DNA of 64,000 nt, taken from Klebsiella phage vB_KpnM_VPA32. Positions 1-13,075 of the stretch are shown here, piece after piece; within the stretch, counting starts at the first letter, position 1, and every line of letters starts with the position of its first letter. Where the stretch lies: sequence record OP558005.1. One strand, given 5' to 3'. The notes beneath the pieces are model-generated. The model saw only the letters and a program-made list of their open reading frames with translations, was not told where the DNA came from and did no database searches. The position numbers were made by a program, and so were the translations under genes.

Positions 1-1073
1 TGACTCCATTGAAAACTCAAAGAGCAATCGCAAAAGCAACAGCAGTTCTTCCGGTTTATGGACCAGCAACAGAATCAGTGAGTGGTACTGTACGTATTGC
101 TACCAACGGACAAGTTGCTCAAGGAACTTTAAGAGACGGATATGCTGTATCTCCAAGTGGATTAGCATCTTTAACAGCTACATCTTCTCGAAGAGGTTTA
201 GCTCGCTCCGCTACTATTGCCGAAGTTAACGCAAATACCGCCGGAGATATTTTTGTTACTCCAAATGGATTGAACCAAAGAGTTGGTACTACTTCAACAA
301 AAGGTCTTGTTAAATTAACAACTACAGTAGGTTCTGGCGATGCTAATACAGCTTTAGCCTATAACGCTGATGTTGTTCATACTCGTGGCGGTCAAACTAT
401 TAATGGAAACACAACGTTTGGTACAGCTCGCGTAAATGGTCGTTTAGATATGGGCTCTGGCTTTATTAACAACCAGCAAATTGCTACTGTTAATATGTTA
501 GTTGATTCTGTTCCTATCGGAACAATTATCATGTGGCCAGGAAATAACACTCCAAGCTCAGACTGGATGCATTGTAACGGAGCGTTATTGAATAAAGGAG
601 ATGCCCAATATTCTACTTTGTATAGCATTATTGGCACTATATATGGCGGAGACGCTACTCGGTTTGCTCTTCCTGATATGCGTGGTATGTTCCCTCGTGG
701 TGTTGGTAAATCAAACATCATGAACCAATATTCAGGAAACGATTCAAAAGGTAAACCTGGTTTAGGAGCTGGTTGTGGTAATGCTTCGTTAGGTCAATCA
801 ATGCCGCAATCTGTTCGTAAACATAAACACGAATCAGGGTGGGGTGAACATCATCAGCGTAATGAAGCTCGCAACGGGTGTACTGTAAGAAACGGCTATG
901 TTGGTTCTAATAGAACAGATTATGATAACTACAAGTGGTTTACTAATGATGGTAGTGAAGTAGAAGCAGCTAATATTCGTGATTCATTCGGTACTATGAA
1001 TACTGATGGATTAATGGGTGATGAAAACCGTCCTTGGTCAATTGCTCTAAACTTTGTTATAAAAGTAAGATAA
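1..1073 (+). CDS. 12: Short tail fiber gp12, C-terminal part (5' truncated by window edge)
   Basis: The ORF is open to the window start. A C-terminal His-rich metal-binding segment (HKHESGWGEHH) and Gly/Thr-rich beta fibre sequence are typical of T4 gp12. It is followed directly by wac, as in T4. Confidence 0.8.
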   Translation, partial: TPLKTQRAIAKATAVLPVYGPATESVSGTVRIATNGQVAQGTLRDGYAVSPSGLASLTATSSRRGLARSATIAEVNANTAGDIFVTPNGLNQRVGTTSTKGLVKLTTTVGSGDANTALAYNADVVHTRGGQTINGNTTFGTARVNGRLDMGSGFINNQQIATVNMLVDSVPIGTIIMWPGNNTPSSDWMHCNGALLNKGDAQYSTLYSIIGTIYGGDATRFALPDMRGMFPRGVGKSNIMNQYSGNDSKGKPGLGAGCGNASLGQSMPQSVRKHKHESGWGEHHQRNEARNGCTVRNGYVGSNRTDYDNYKWFTNDGSEVEAANIRDSFGTMNTDGLMGDENRPWSIALNFVIKVR

Positions 1074-1081
1074 GGAAAAAT

Positions 1082-2515
1082 ATGTCAACTATTGATTTAA
1101 CTCCCCTTCCTTACGTCAACGGCCTTCCGGATGAAGGCCAATCTCGTGTAAACTGGATTAAAAATGGCGAGGAATTAACAGGAGCATCCACCAAAAATGG
1201 TGTAGACGGTAATCTCAACCGTGGACCGGTGCAGGTCCAACAAAACGTGGAAGTGCTCGATGGGAATATCGTAGTTGTACGTAACTCTCTTGAGCAATCA
1301 AACGTAAGAATTAAGAATGTCGAGGATGCCCTAGGGGTCATTGGGGATGTCGATGTTGTCAAACAAATAGGTTTAAACACATCTGCAATTAAAGTTCTCC
1401 AGAGTGACACAGAGGGACTTAAAACCACATCAGATGACCATGGTCTGCGCATAACTCACATCGAAGAAGATGTAGGTGAATATGACCCGTCACGCGATTC
1501 TGTTTACCGTCCAGTTCGTGAAGACTTACTTTGGATTAAAACTGAGTTAGGTGCTTATCCGGGGCAAGACATCAATGGTATGTCTATTCCTATGGCTCCA
1601 GCGCTTGGTTTGAAGAAGCGTGTTATTGACACTGCTAAAGCTGTAAATGATAACTCGATTCGTATCACTAATATTGAAAAACAATTTAATGATTCAGATG
1701 TTGGTTCATTAACTATTGAAGTCCAAAACCTTCGAAATGAAATGGGTCCAAGAGCATCCGCTGGTATTGATAATGTTTACGTTCGTTTGAATAAAATGAA
1801 TGGAACTATTAGTACTTTAGCAATGGACATGGAAAACGTTTTAGATTCGATTGGGTATAACAATGGAGTTATCAATTTATACGGCTTGGTTGTAATTAAC
1901 CGCGATGCAATCGCTGAAGTCAATCGTAAATTAAGTGACCCGACAGTAGGATTAATTCCTCGCGTAGATTTAATTGAATCAGCTATCGGAAAAGATTCTC
2001 AGCCATCAAGCATCAACGGAAGAATTAAAATTAACCGTGATGAAATTACAGCTCTGAAATCTATTGTTGGTGCAGATACTTCGTCTGGTTTACGTGGACA
2101 AGTTGCATGGATTAACCAAGTAGTTGGTATTAATGAAAGCGGAACCCCTGCTCCGTCTAATTCTTTAATTGGACAGATTAATACTCTGACTACCATGCAA
2201 AACCAAATGGCTAATACCATTCAGGATATCCAGGTAGATATTGGTAACAATAACGAAGGTTTAAAAGGTCAAGTAATTCGTTTAAATAGTCTTGTAATGG
2301 GTACAAACCCTAATGGCGCTACTGTTGAAGAAAGAGGACTTTTAAACGTAGCAAAAGCCCAAGACACTGATATTTCAAACATTAAAACCGAAATTCAGAA
2401 CTTAATTCCAGAAGCTCCTCGTGATGGAAAAGCTTATGTTCGTAAAGACGGTGCTTGGGTCGACTTAGACACTATTCTTAATCCACCTGCTCCGGAACCA
2501 GGCCCGGAAGCATAA
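1082..2515 (+). CDS. wac: Fibritin (whisker antigen control), ~477 aa with C-terminal foldon
   Basis: The N-terminus MSTIDLTPLPYVNGLPDEGQSRVNWIKNG matches the T4 fibritin N-terminus. The C-terminal foldon-like PEAPRDGKAYVRKDGAWV is present. Start at ATG 1082 with SD TAAGGAAAAAT; the ORF-table start 1034 is upstream and out of context. Confidence 0.9.
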   Translation: MSTIDLTPLPYVNGLPDEGQSRVNWIKNGEELTGASTKNGVDGNLNRGPVQVQQNVEVLDGNIVVVRNSLEQSNVRIKNVEDALGVIGDVDVVKQIGLNTSAIKVLQSDTEGLKTTSDDHGLRITHIEEDVGEYDPSRDSVYRPVREDLLWIKTELGAYPGQDINGMSIPMAPALGLKKRVIDTAKAVNDNSIRITNIEKQFNDSDVGSLTIEVQNLRNEMGPRASAGIDNVYVRLNKMNGTISTLAMDMENVLDSIGYNNGVINLYGLVVINRDAIAEVNRKLSDPTVGLIPRVDLIESAIGKDSQPSSINGRIKINRDEITALKSIVGADTSSGLRGQVAWINQVVGINESGTPAPSNSLIGQINTLTTMQNQMANTIQDIQVDIGNNNEGLKGQVIRLNSLVMGTNPNGATVEERGLLNVAKAQDTDISNIKTEIQNLIPEAPRDGKAYVRKDGAWVDLDTILNPPAPEPGPEA

Positions 2516-2519
2516 TATA

Positions 2520-2533
2520 GGGCCTTCGGGCCC
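2520..2533 (+). terminator. GGGCC-TTCG-GGCCC tetraloop hairpin after wac
   Basis: Perfect 5-bp GC stem with a UUCG loop between the wac stop and the gene 13 SD. Confidence 0.5.
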
Positions 2534-2545
2534 TTAGAGGTTTAT

Positions 2546-3484
2546 ATGGCCGCAAATACCGCACGCAATCCAAAAGAATTAAAAGATGTTATTTTGCGTC
2601 GTCTTGGCGCACCAATCATTAACGTTGAATTAACCGAAGATATGATTTATGACTGTATCCAACGAGCTTTAGAGCTATTCGGTGAATATCATTATGACGG
2701 CTTAAATAAAGGCTATCAAGTAATTCATATTGGCGATGACGAAATCGGTCGTGGTCAATTCAAAAATGGTGTGTTTGATTTTTCAGACCGCAACATTTTC
2801 GCAGTCACACAAATTGTTCGTACTAACGTTGGTTCACTGACAAGTATGGACGGTAATGCTACTTATCCATGGTTCACTGATTTCCTATTAGGAATGGCTG
2901 GAATTAATGGTGGTATGGGTAGCTCTTGTAATAAAGCTTATGGACCAAATGCATTTGGAGCTGATCTTGGCTATTTCACTCAGCTCACAACTTATTGGTC
3001 GATGATGCAAGATATGCTTGCTCCTCTTCCAGATTTTTGGTTCAACGATGCCACTGGTCAGCTTAAAATTATGGGCAACTTCCAGCTAGGTGATGTTATT
3101 GTAGTTGAATGCTGGACTAAATCTTATATTGATGTGGACAAAATGGTTGGAAATACAGCAGGGTATGGAACAGCTGGTCCAGAATCATCTTGGACTCTTC
3201 CGGACATGTATGATAACCCAGATAAACGTTTGACTGGCTACAGAGCTGGTGAAGAACTTTCAATCGTTCAAGGCTCATATAACAACCGTTGGGTAAAAGA
3301 TTATGCTCATATTCTGGCCAAAGAATTACTTGGTCAAGTATTAGCTCGTCACCAAGGTATGCAGCTTCCAGGCGGAGTCACATTAAATGGTGAACGCTTA
3401 ATTGAAGAAGCTCGATTAGAAAAAGAATATGCTTTGGAACAGCTTTACTTACTTGACCCTCCAACAGGAGTACTTGTAGGATGA
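2546..3484 (+). CDS. 13: Neck protein gp13
   Basis: [23 protein letters not shown]...[11 protein letters not shown] closely matches T4 gp13. SD AGAGG lies 5 nt upstream. Confidence 0.9.
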   Translation: MAANTARNPKELKDVILRRLGAPIINVELTEDMIYDCIQRALELFGEYHYDGLNKGYQVIHIGDDEIGRGQFKNGVFDFSDRNIFAVTQIVRTNVGSLTSMDGNATYPWFTDFLLGMAGINGGMGSSCNKAYGPNAFGADLGYFTQLTTYWSMMQDMLAPLPDFWFNDATGQLKIMGNFQLGDVIVVECWTKSYIDVDKMVGNTAGYGTAGPESSWTLPDMYDNPDKRLTGYRAGEELSIVQGSYNNRWVKDYAHILAKELLGQVLARHQGMQLPGGVTLNGERLIEEARLEKEYALEQLYLLDPPTGVLVG

Positions 3485-4281
3485 TGAATAAAAATTTGTT
3501 CGCGAAGCTCGAGAACAAATCAGGTTATTCACGCACTAATGAAGAGGAAGTTCTCAATCCATATGTGAACTTCCACAATCATTTTAACACCCAAGCTCTG
3601 TTTGATACTCTTGTGGCTGAAAGTATTCAAATGCGCGGGGTTAAATGTTACTACGTTCCCCGTGAATACGTAAAACCTGATTATGTCTTTGGTGAAGACC
3701 TTCAGTCCAAGTTCACTAAGGCTTGGCAATTTGCAGCTTACATTAACTCATTTGAGGGTTATGAAGGAGCAAATACATTTTATAGTAAGTTCGGAATGCA
3801 AGTTAATGATGAAGTTACTTTGTCAATTAACCCGGGTCTCTTTAAGCATCAAGTAAATGGACAAGAACCGAAGGAAGGAGACTTAATTTACTTCCCGATG
3901 GACAATAGCTTGTTTGAAATTTCTTGGGTAGAGCCGTATGACCCGTTCTATCAAGCTGGACGAAATGCTATTCGTAAGATTACAGCAGAGAAATTCATTT
4001 ATTCTGGTGAGCAGCTTAAACCTGAGCTTCAGCGTAATGATGGAATTAACATTCCTGAGTTCAGCGAGCTTGATTTAGACCCTATTCATGAATTAGATGG
4101 TCTTTCTGATATCAATGAAGTTCCATATCAAGAAGTAGACCAAATGAATGATGAGGCTGATAAAGACGTTAAGCAATACGAAGTCGTTAATGGTACCGGT
4201 TCACCTAAGGTAGAACCACCAAGAAACAGACCACCTGCTAATCATGTAGCATCTCCATTTGATGATGGTTTTATGCTATAA
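3481..4281 (+). CDS. 14: Neck protein gp14
   Basis: Position and size (266 aa against T4 256 aa). ATGATG overlap with the gp13 stop. Confidence 0.85.
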   Translation: MMNKNLFAKLENKSGYSRTNEEEVLNPYVNFHNHFNTQALFDTLVAESIQMRGVKCYYVPREYVKPDYVFGEDLQSKFTKAWQFAAYINSFEGYEGANTFYSKFGMQVNDEVTLSINPGLFKHQVNGQEPKEGDLIYFPMDNSLFEISWVEPYDPFYQAGRNAIRKITAEKFIYSGEQLKPELQRNDGINIPEFSELDLDPIHELDGLSDINEVPYQEVDQMNDEADKDVKQYEVVNGTGSPKVEPPRNRPPANHVASPFDDGFML

Positions 4282-4284
4282 ATA
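4277..4284 (+). promoter_or_regulatory. T4-type late promoter TATAAATA (gene 15)
   Basis: Exact TATAAATA about 43 nt upstream of the gene 15 ATG, overlapping the gene 14 stop. Confidence 0.7.
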
Positions 4285-4297
4285 GTTAAAAGCATAT

Positions 4298-4315
4298 ACG
4301 GCTCTTCGGAGCCGT
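4298..4315 (+). terminator. ACGGCTC-TTCG-GAGCCGT hairpin (gene 14 terminator / gene 15 leader)
   Basis: 7-bp stem with a UUCG loop between the late promoter and the gene 15 SD. Confidence 0.5.
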
Positions 4316-4326
4316 TAGGAGAAACA

Positions 4327-5156
4327 ATGTTCGGATATTTTTATAACTCGTCTTTGCGCAGATACATCCTAATGCTGGGTGACTTGTTCTCCAATATTCA
4401 AGTTCAGAGAGTGCGCGAAGACATAGGCAAGACATATATCAGAGTTCCAATTACTTACGCTTCTAAAGAGCACTTTATGATGAAGCTGAATAAATGGACT
4501 TCTGTTAACAATGAAGACGGTCCTGCGAAAGTAGAGACAATTCTTCCACGTATCAACCTTCATTTAGTTGATATGATGTACAACCCAACTTATAAGACTG
4601 GACAACTTAATCGTTCAGCAATGAGCAATCCTAATTCGAAGACTGGGACTATTTCTCAATACAACCCAACTCCGATTAAAATGATTTTTGAGCTTGGAAT
4701 TTTTACTCGTCACCAGGACGATATGTTTCAAATTGTAGAGCAAATTATGCCCTACTTCCAACCTCATTTTAACACCACAATGACTGAACTATTCGAAAAC
4801 GAAATTACATTTGAAAGAGATATAAGAATAACTTTCCAATCTATTTCAATTGACGAACAAATCGATGGAGACAAACAATCTAGAAGAAGATTAGAATGGT
4901 CCATCATGTTTGAAGTGAATGGTTGGCTTTATCCTCCAGCTTTCGATTTAAGTGGTGAAATCCGTACAATTTATCTTGATTTCCATGCTAACAGTCGTGA
5001 ATTGGTAAATGAAGGTGTATTTGAATCTGTGGATTCTGAAGTAGACCCACGCGATGTTGAAATTCAAGATTGGGACGGAAAATCTATTCAGAAATATGAT
5101 AGCGATTCAACTCCAATTCCAAAAGAGCCTGAACCGCCTGGACCACGAGGTGTATA

Positions 5157-5157
<1 letters not shown>
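4327..5157 (+). CDS. 15: Tail sheath stabiliser / tail completion gp15
   Basis: Size 276 aa against T4 272 aa, synteny, late promoter and leader hairpin upstream. Confidence 0.85.
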
Positions 5158-7473
<2,316 letters not shown>

Positions 7474-7503
7474 TACTAAAGCACACATGTAGAGGAATTC
7501 TTA

Positions 7504-9486
7504 ATGGCTTTATTATCTCCGGGCGTTGAGCTCAAAGAAACTAGTGTACAAAGCACTATTGTTAATAATGCTACTGGGCGTGCGGCTCTTGCTGGTAAAT
7601 TCCAGTGGGGCCCGGTTGGTCAAGTTGTTCAGGTGACTAACGAAGTCGAATTAGTCGATATTTTCGGCACTCCAGATAGCCAAACTGCTGACTACTTTAT
7701 GTCCGCAATGAACTTCCTGCAATATGGTAATGACCTTCGTATTTCACGTGCAGTAAACCGTGAAGTTGCGAAAAACTCATCTCCAATTGCTGGGAACGTT
7801 GAAATTACCATTTCTGCTGCGGGTTCAAACTATGCTGTAGGCGATACCGTTCGAGTTAAATACAACGTAAACGTTATTGAATCAGCTGGTAAAGTTACTG
7901 CTGTTGATGGTAACGGTGGTATTGTTTCAGTTTCAGTACCAAGCGCAAAAATTATTGCATACGCAAAATCAATTAATCAATACCCAGATTTAGGACCGAA
8001 CTGGACTGCTGAAGTTACTTCCGCATCTTCTGGTGTTGCTGCTACTCTGGCCGTTGGTAAAGTTGTAACTGATTCTGGTGTTCTTTTAACTGAGCCAGAA
8101 ACTGCGACTGAGCAAATGACTTCGGTCGAATTCCAAGCTGCTTTGAAAACTTATGGCATGCCAGGTATCGCTGCTCTTTATCCAGGTGAACTCGGTTCTC
8201 AATTAGAAATTGAAATTGTTTCTAAAGCTGGATTTGAACAAGGTGCAAACACCCAATTACAAATTTATCCTGCTGGCGGAACTCGTGTTTCTACTGCCCG
8301 TGCAGTATTTGGATACGGTCCTCAGTCAGATGACCAATATTGCATTATCGTTCGTCGTGACGGAGCAATTGTAGAAAGCTTCGTGCTGTCTACAGCAAAA
8401 GGTTCTAAGGACGTTTACGGAAATAACATCTTCATTGATGATTTCTTCTCTAAAGGTTCAAGCAATTATATCTTCGCCACTGCTGAAGGCTGGCCAACTG
8501 GATTCTCTGGTATTGTTCAGCTGTCAGGCGGTGTATCAGCTAACGAATCTGTTACTGCTGGCGATGTAATGCAAGCATGGGATTTATTCGCTGACCGTGA
8601 AGCTCTTCATGTTAACCTTTTAATTGCTGGTGCATGTGCTGGTGAAGATGACGAATTTGCATCTACTGTTCAAAAACATGTAGTATCGATTGCTGATGAA
8701 CGTCAAGATTGTCTGGCTCTTATCTCTCCGCCACGTAGCGTATTGGTAAACATTCCTCTGACTCGTGCGATTGATAATCTGGTCGATTGGCGTACAGGTC
8801 AAGGTACATACGCTGATGCTAATATGAACATCAGTTCTACTTACGCATCTATCGACGGTAACTACAAATATCAGTATGACAAATACAATGATGTTAACCG
8901 TTGGGTTCCGTTAGCTGCTGATATGGCTGGTCTGTGTGCTCGTACTGATAATATCAGTCAGCCTTGGATGTCTCCAGCTGGTTATAATCGTGGACAGATT
9001 CTGAACGTCATTAAATTGGCAATCGAGCCTCGCCAGAGTCAACGCGATCGTCTGTATCAGGAAGCAATTAACCCTGTGACCGGTACCGGTGGTGACGGAT
9101 TCGTTCTGTTTGGCGATAAGACTGCAACCAAAGTTCCTACTCCGTTTGACCGCATCAACGTACGTCGTCTGTTCAACATGCTGAAAACGAATATTGGAAA
9201 CGCTTCTAAATATCGTCTGTTCGAGATGAACGACAACTTCACTCGTTCAAGCTTCCGTATGGAAACTTCTCAGTACCTGTCTGGAATTAAATCTCTGGGT
9301 GGTGTATATGAATTCCGTGTGGTATGTGATACTACGAACAACACGCCTGCTGTAATCGACCGCAATGAATTTGTTGCATCGTTCTACATCAAGCCAGCTC
9401 GTTCTATCAACTACATCACTCTGAACTTCGTTGCTACTGCTACGGGTGCTGATTTCGATGAACTGATTGGACCACAGGCTCAATAA
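7504..9486 (+). CDS. 18: Tail sheath protein gp18
   Basis: The N-terminus MALLSPGVELKETSVQSTIVNNATGRAALAGKFQWGP matches T4 gp18. 660 aa. Confidence 0.95.
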   Translation: MALLSPGVELKETSVQSTIVNNATGRAALAGKFQWGPVGQVVQVTNEVELVDIFGTPDSQTADYFMSAMNFLQYGNDLRISRAVNREVAKNSSPIAGNVEITISAAGSNYAVGDTVRVKYNVNVIESAGKVTAVDGNGGIVSVSVPSAKIIAYAKSINQYPDLGPNWTAEVTSASSGVAATLAVGKVVTDSGVLLTEPETATEQMTSVEFQAALKTYGMPGIAALYPGELGSQLEIEIVSKAGFEQGANTQLQIYPAGGTRVSTARAVFGYGPQSDDQYCIIVRRDGAIVESFVLSTAKGSKDVYGNNIFIDDFFSKGSSNYIFATAEGWPTGFSGIVQLSGGVSANESVTAGDVMQAWDLFADREALHVNLLIAGACAGEDDEFASTVQKHVVSIADERQDCLALISPPRSVLVNIPLTRAIDNLVDWRTGQGTYADANMNISSTYASIDGNYKYQYDKYNDVNRWVPLAADMAGLCARTDNISQPWMSPAGYNRGQILNVIKLAIEPRQSQRDRLYQEAINPVTGTGGDGFVLFGDKTATKVPTPFDRINVRRLFNMLKTNIGNASKYRLFEMNDNFTRSSFRMETSQYLSGIKSLGGVYEFRVVCDTTNNTPAVIDRNEFVASFYIKPARSINYITLNFVATATGADFDELIGPQAQ

Positions 9487-9501
9487 TTCTAAGACACTTA
9501 G

Positions 9502-9581
9502 GGACCTTCGAGAGGAGGTCCATAAATACAATCATCTTAGGAAAACTAATTCATCTCGGCCGCTCTGGTGAATCAGAGCGG
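9502..9581 (+). terminator. Two hairpins after gene 18 (GGACC..GGTCC and CCGCTCTG..CAGAGCGG)
   Basis: Stems at 9502-9521 and 9560-9581, preceding the gene 19 late promoter. Confidence 0.55.
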
Positions 9582-9589
9582 TATAAATA
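9582..9589 (+). promoter_or_regulatory. Late promoter TATAAATA (gene 19)
   Basis: Exact match 15 nt upstream of the 9604 ATG, after two hairpins. Confidence 0.75.
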
Positions 9590-9603
9590 TAACAGGAACT
9601 CAC

Positions 9604-10095
9604 ATGGAACTTACAGATTTAACTCGTGCATTTGAATCCGGTGATTTCGCGCGTCCTAACTTGTTTGAGGTAGAAATTCCTTATCTCGGTAAGAACTTCA
9701 GCTTCAAATGTAAAGCAGCTCCACTGCCTGCTGGTATCGTTGAAAAAATTCCGGTCGGTTATATGAACCGTAAACTTAACGTTGCCGGTGACCGTACATT
9801 CGACGATTGGACCGTGACTATCTACAACGACGATGCTCATAATACTCGTCAAGCTATTGTTGAATGGCAGGGTATTGCAGCAGGGCAAGGTAATGAAATT
9901 ACTGGTGGCTCACCTGCAGAGTATAAGAAAAAAGCAATTGTCCGTCAATTCGCACGTGATAGTAAAACAATTACTCGTGAAATTGAAATTACGGGCGTTT
10001 GGCCAACTAACGTTGGTGAAGTCCAGCTCGATTGGGACAGCAACAACGAAGTTGAGACCTTTGAAGTAACATTCTGTCTCGACTGGTGGTTGTAA
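9604..10095 (+). CDS. 19: Tail tube protein gp19
   Basis: TRAFESGDFARPNLFEVEIPYLGKNF...PAGIVEKIPVG matches T4 gp19. The internal ATG at 9604 gives 163 aa, the T4 length. SD AGGAA is upstream. Confidence 0.9.
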   Translation: MELTDLTRAFESGDFARPNLFEVEIPYLGKNFSFKCKAAPLPAGIVEKIPVGYMNRKLNVAGDRTFDDWTVTIYNDDAHNTRQAIVEWQGIAAGQGNEITGGSPAEYKKKAIVRQFARDSKTITREIEITGVWPTNVGEVQLDWDSNNEVETFEVTFCLDWWL

Positions 10096-10099
10096 AATG

Positions 10100-10115
10100 T
10101 GGGCCTTCGGGCCCA
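10100..10115 (+). terminator. TGGGCC-TTCG-GGCCCA hairpin after gene 19
   Basis: Perfect 6-bp stem with a UUCG loop. Confidence 0.55.
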
Positions 10116-10123
10116 TATAAATA
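10116..10123 (+). promoter_or_regulatory. Late promoter TATAAATA (gene 20)
   Basis: Exact match directly after the gp19 terminator hairpin. Confidence 0.75.
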
Positions 10124-10155
10124 TTAGTATGCTTTAACCCTTATTGGAGACTCTA

Positions 10156-11724
10156 ATGAAATTTGACGTCTTAAGTTTGTTCGCGCCGTGGGCCAAAGTC
10201 GACGAACAGGAATACGACCAACAGCTAAATAATAATTTAGAGTCTATCACGGCCCCTAAATTTGATGACGGCGCGACAGAGATTGAATCGGAACGTGGAG
10301 ACATTGCAGGCGCTGGATTATTCCAGAGAATGTATGGTCAAAATGAACCGGGAATGAAAAACACCAGGGAGCTTATTGATACTTACCGTCAGTTAATGAA
10401 TAACTACGAAGTAGATAATGCTGTCCAAGAAATAGTCCTCGATGCTATTGTATACGAAGACGATCATCCAGTGGTTTCATTGGATTTAGATAACACTGAT
10501 TTTAGCCCAGCGATTAAAGACCGTTTACAAGAAGAATTTAACGAAGTTCTTACCTGTCTGAATTTTGAAAGAAAAGGTCTCGACCATTTCCGTCGCTGGT
10601 ACGTCGATTCTCGTATCTTCTTCCATAAAATTATAAATCCTAAAAAACCGAAAGAAGGTATTCAAGAGCTTCGTCGTTTAGACCCGCGTAACGTTCAGTT
10701 TGTCCGCGAAGTTATCACCGACACTGAAGCGGGCGTGAAAATCGTTAAAGGCTACAAAGAATACTTCGTTTATAACACTGGTCACGAATCATATCAGTGC
10801 GATGGACGAATTTATGACGCTGGAGCAAAAATAAGAATTCCAAAATCAGCTGTCGTTTATGCTCATTCTGGATTAGTTGATTGCTCAGGAAGAAACATTA
10901 TCGGTTATTTGCACCGTGCTGTCAAACCTGCTAACCAACTTAAATTGCTCGAAGACGCAATGGTAATTTATCGTATTACACGTGCACCAGACCGTCGAGT
11001 GTTTTACATTGACACAGGGAATATGCCTTCCCGTAAAGCTGCAGCTCATATGCAACACATCATGAACACCATGAAAAACCGTGTGGTATACGATGCTTCT
11101 ACTGGTAAGATTAAAAACCAGCAGCACAATATGTCAATGACAGAAGATTATTGGTTACAGCGCCGCGATGGTAAAGCTGTTACTGAAATTGATAATATGC
11201 CTGGTGCTTCAGGCATGAACGAAATGGACGATGTCCGTTGGTTCAAGAACAACCTTTACCAAGCATTACGTGTTCCACTGTCTCGTATCCCGAATGACCA
11301 ACAAAGTGGAGTTCAGTTTGATGCTGGAACTGGAATTACACGTGACGAGTTACAATTTGCTAAATTCATTCGTGAACTGCAGCATAAGTTTGAAGAAATT
11401 TTCCTCGACCCTCTTAAAACAAACCTTATTTTGAAAGGCGTAATGAGCGAAGATGATTGGAAAGATGAAATAAATAACATTAAGATAGTATTTCATCGTG
11501 ACAGTTACTTCACTGAACTTAAAGATGCTGAAGTCACTGAACGCAGATTCAATATGCTTCAAATGGCCGAACCGTTTATCGGTAAGTATATTTCTCATCA
11601 GACTGCAATGAAGACTATTCTTCAAATGACTGATGAACAAATTGACCAAGAGGCTAAGCAAATTGAGCTAGAGTCTAAAGAGGCTCGTTTCCAAGACCCA
11701 GACCAAGAACAAGAGGATTTCTAA
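10156..11724 (+). CDS. 20: Portal vertex protein gp20
   Basis: [14 protein letters not shown]... is strongly similar to T4 gp20 across the whole length. ATG 10156 is preceded by GGAGA; the ORF-table start 10144 is a TTG. Confidence 0.95.
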   Translation: MKFDVLSLFAPWAKVDEQEYDQQLNNNLESITAPKFDDGATEIESERGDIAGAGLFQRMYGQNEPGMKNTRELIDTYRQLMNNYEVDNAVQEIVLDAIVYEDDHPVVSLDLDNTDFSPAIKDRLQEEFNEVLTCLNFERKGLDHFRRWYVDSRIFFHKIINPKKPKEGIQELRRLDPRNVQFVREVITDTEAGVKIVKGYKEYFVYNTGHESYQCDGRIYDAGAKIRIPKSAVVYAHSGLVDCSGRNIIGYLHRAVKPANQLKLLEDAMVIYRITRAPDRRVFYIDTGNMPSRKAAAHMQHIMNTMKNRVVYDASTGKIKNQQHNMSMTEDYWLQRRDGKAVTEIDNMPGASGMNEMDDVRWFKNNLYQALRVPLSRIPNDQQSGVQFDAGTGITRDELQFAKFIRELQHKFEEIFLDPLKTNLILKGVMSEDDWKDEINNIKIVFHRDSYFTELKDAEVTERRFNMLQMAEPFIGKYISHQTAMKTILQMTDEQIDQEAKQIELESKEARFQDPDQEQEDF

Positions 11725-11966
11725 TGGAAGATTTCATCTCCGCACTCAAATCCAACGACCTCGTTAAAGCTAAGAAAGCCTTTGGTGCTATTATGCTTGA
11801 ACAGACCGCTGATTTGATTAGCCAACGTCGTGTTGAGATTGCCCAATCTGTTATGATTGAAGGCGAAGAAAAAGAAGACGACGAAAAAGATGATTCTGAA
11901 GATGAAGGTAAAGAAAAACCTGAATCTGAAGATGAAAAAGATTCTGAAGACGAAGACGAAGAATAA
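11724..11966 (+). CDS. 67: Prohead core protein gp67 (acidic C-terminus)
   Basis: 80 aa with an Asp/Glu-rich tail. TAATG coupling to gene 20. Synteny. Confidence 0.85.
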   Translation: MEDFISALKSNDLVKAKKAFGAIMLEQTADLISQRRVEIAQSVMIEGEEKEDDEKDDSEDEGKEKPESEDEKDSEDEDEE

Positions 11967-11975
11967 GGAGTCGCA

Positions 11976-12401
11976 ATGCTGATTGTTCCTGATGAGTACG
12001 AAGTCGTACTTGAAAACATCGAAGCAGCTATTCCTGAAGCCGAATCTCGTTTTAAGCAGTTGTCAGAAGCTCTCGATAAAGCAGACATAAATACAATTGT
12101 AGAAAACATGTTGTCAATTGAACCTGAAGTAGCAATTGCTATGGGTTCACTGAATGAAGAAATGCAGCTCAATGAATTTATCGTTAAGCATGTTTCTTCT
12201 CGTGGAGAAATTACGCGTACTAAAGACCGTAAAACCCGCGAGCGTCAAGCATTCCAAACAACTGGTTTATCTAAAGCTAAACGTCGCGCTATCGCTCGAA
12301 AAGTCGTTAAGTCCAAACGCGCTAATCCGTCTGGTACTGTACGAGGCAACCGCAAACGTAAGAAAGCTATGAAACGTCGTCAGGCGTTAGGATTAAGCTA
12401 A
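11976..12401 (+). CDS. 68: Prohead core protein gp68
   Basis: 141 aa, the T4 gp68 length. Basic C-terminus. Synteny. Confidence 0.85.
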   Translation: MLIVPDEYEVVLENIEAAIPEAESRFKQLSEALDKADINTIVENMLSIEPEVAIAMGSLNEEMQLNEFIVKHVSSRGEITRTKDRKTRERQAFQTTGLSKAKRRAIARKVVKSKRANPSGTVRGNRKRKKAMKRRQALGLS

Positions 12402-13042
12402 TGAATGAACCCCAATTACTCATTGAGCATTGGGGTCAACCCGGCGAAATTTTGAATGGCGTACCGATGCTTGAGTCATACGATGGCTCAGATGCAGGGC
12501 TAAAACCTGGATTATACATCGAAGGCGTGTTCATGCAAGCCGAAGTAGTTAACCGAAATAAGCGTCTTTATCCAAAGAGAGTATTGGAAAAAGCCGTAGC
12601 TAATTATATTAAAGAGCAGGTTTCTACTAAACAAGCACTTGGAGAATTAAATCACCCACCACGTGCTAACGTTGACCCGATGCAAGCCGCAATCATCATC
12701 GAAGATATGTGGTGGAAAGGAAACGATGTTTATGGACGAGCTCGTATTATTGAAGGTGACCATGGTCCTGGAGATAAACTCGCTGCAAACATTCGTGCTG
12801 GCTGGATTCCTGGAGTATCTAGTCGTGGACTAGGCTCATTAACGGAAACCAATAAAGGCTACCGTATCGTAAACGAAGGATTTAAACTCACCGTTGGCGT
12901 TGATGCTGTGTGGGGGCCTTCTGCACCAGATGCTTGGGTAACTCCGAAGCAGATTTCGGAATCCGCTGAGGCGCAAGTCGCCAAAAAGAATGACGATGAG
13001 TCATTTAAAGCTCTCGTAGAGAGTCTCGAAAAAGCATTATAA
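12401..13042 (+). CDS. 21: Prohead core protease gp21
   Basis: [18 protein letters not shown]... matches T4 gp21. 213 aa. TAATG coupling. Confidence 0.9.
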   Translation: MNEPQLLIEHWGQPGEILNGVPMLESYDGSDAGLKPGLYIEGVFMQAEVVNRNKRLYPKRVLEKAVANYIKEQVSTKQALGELNHPPRANVDPMQAAIIIEDMWWKGNDVYGRARIIEGDHGPGDKLAANIRAGWIPGVSSRGLGSLTETNKGYRIVNEGFKLTVGVDAVWGPSAPDAWVTPKQISESAEAQVAKKNDDESFKALVESLEKAL

Positions 13043-13045
13043 ATA
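13038..13045 (+). promoter_or_regulatory. Late promoter TATAAATA (gene 22)
   Basis: Exact match overlapping the gp21 stop, 31 nt upstream of the gp22 ATG. Confidence 0.75.
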
Positions 13046-13075
13046 ATAATGTAACTTAACAACAGGACTAACAAA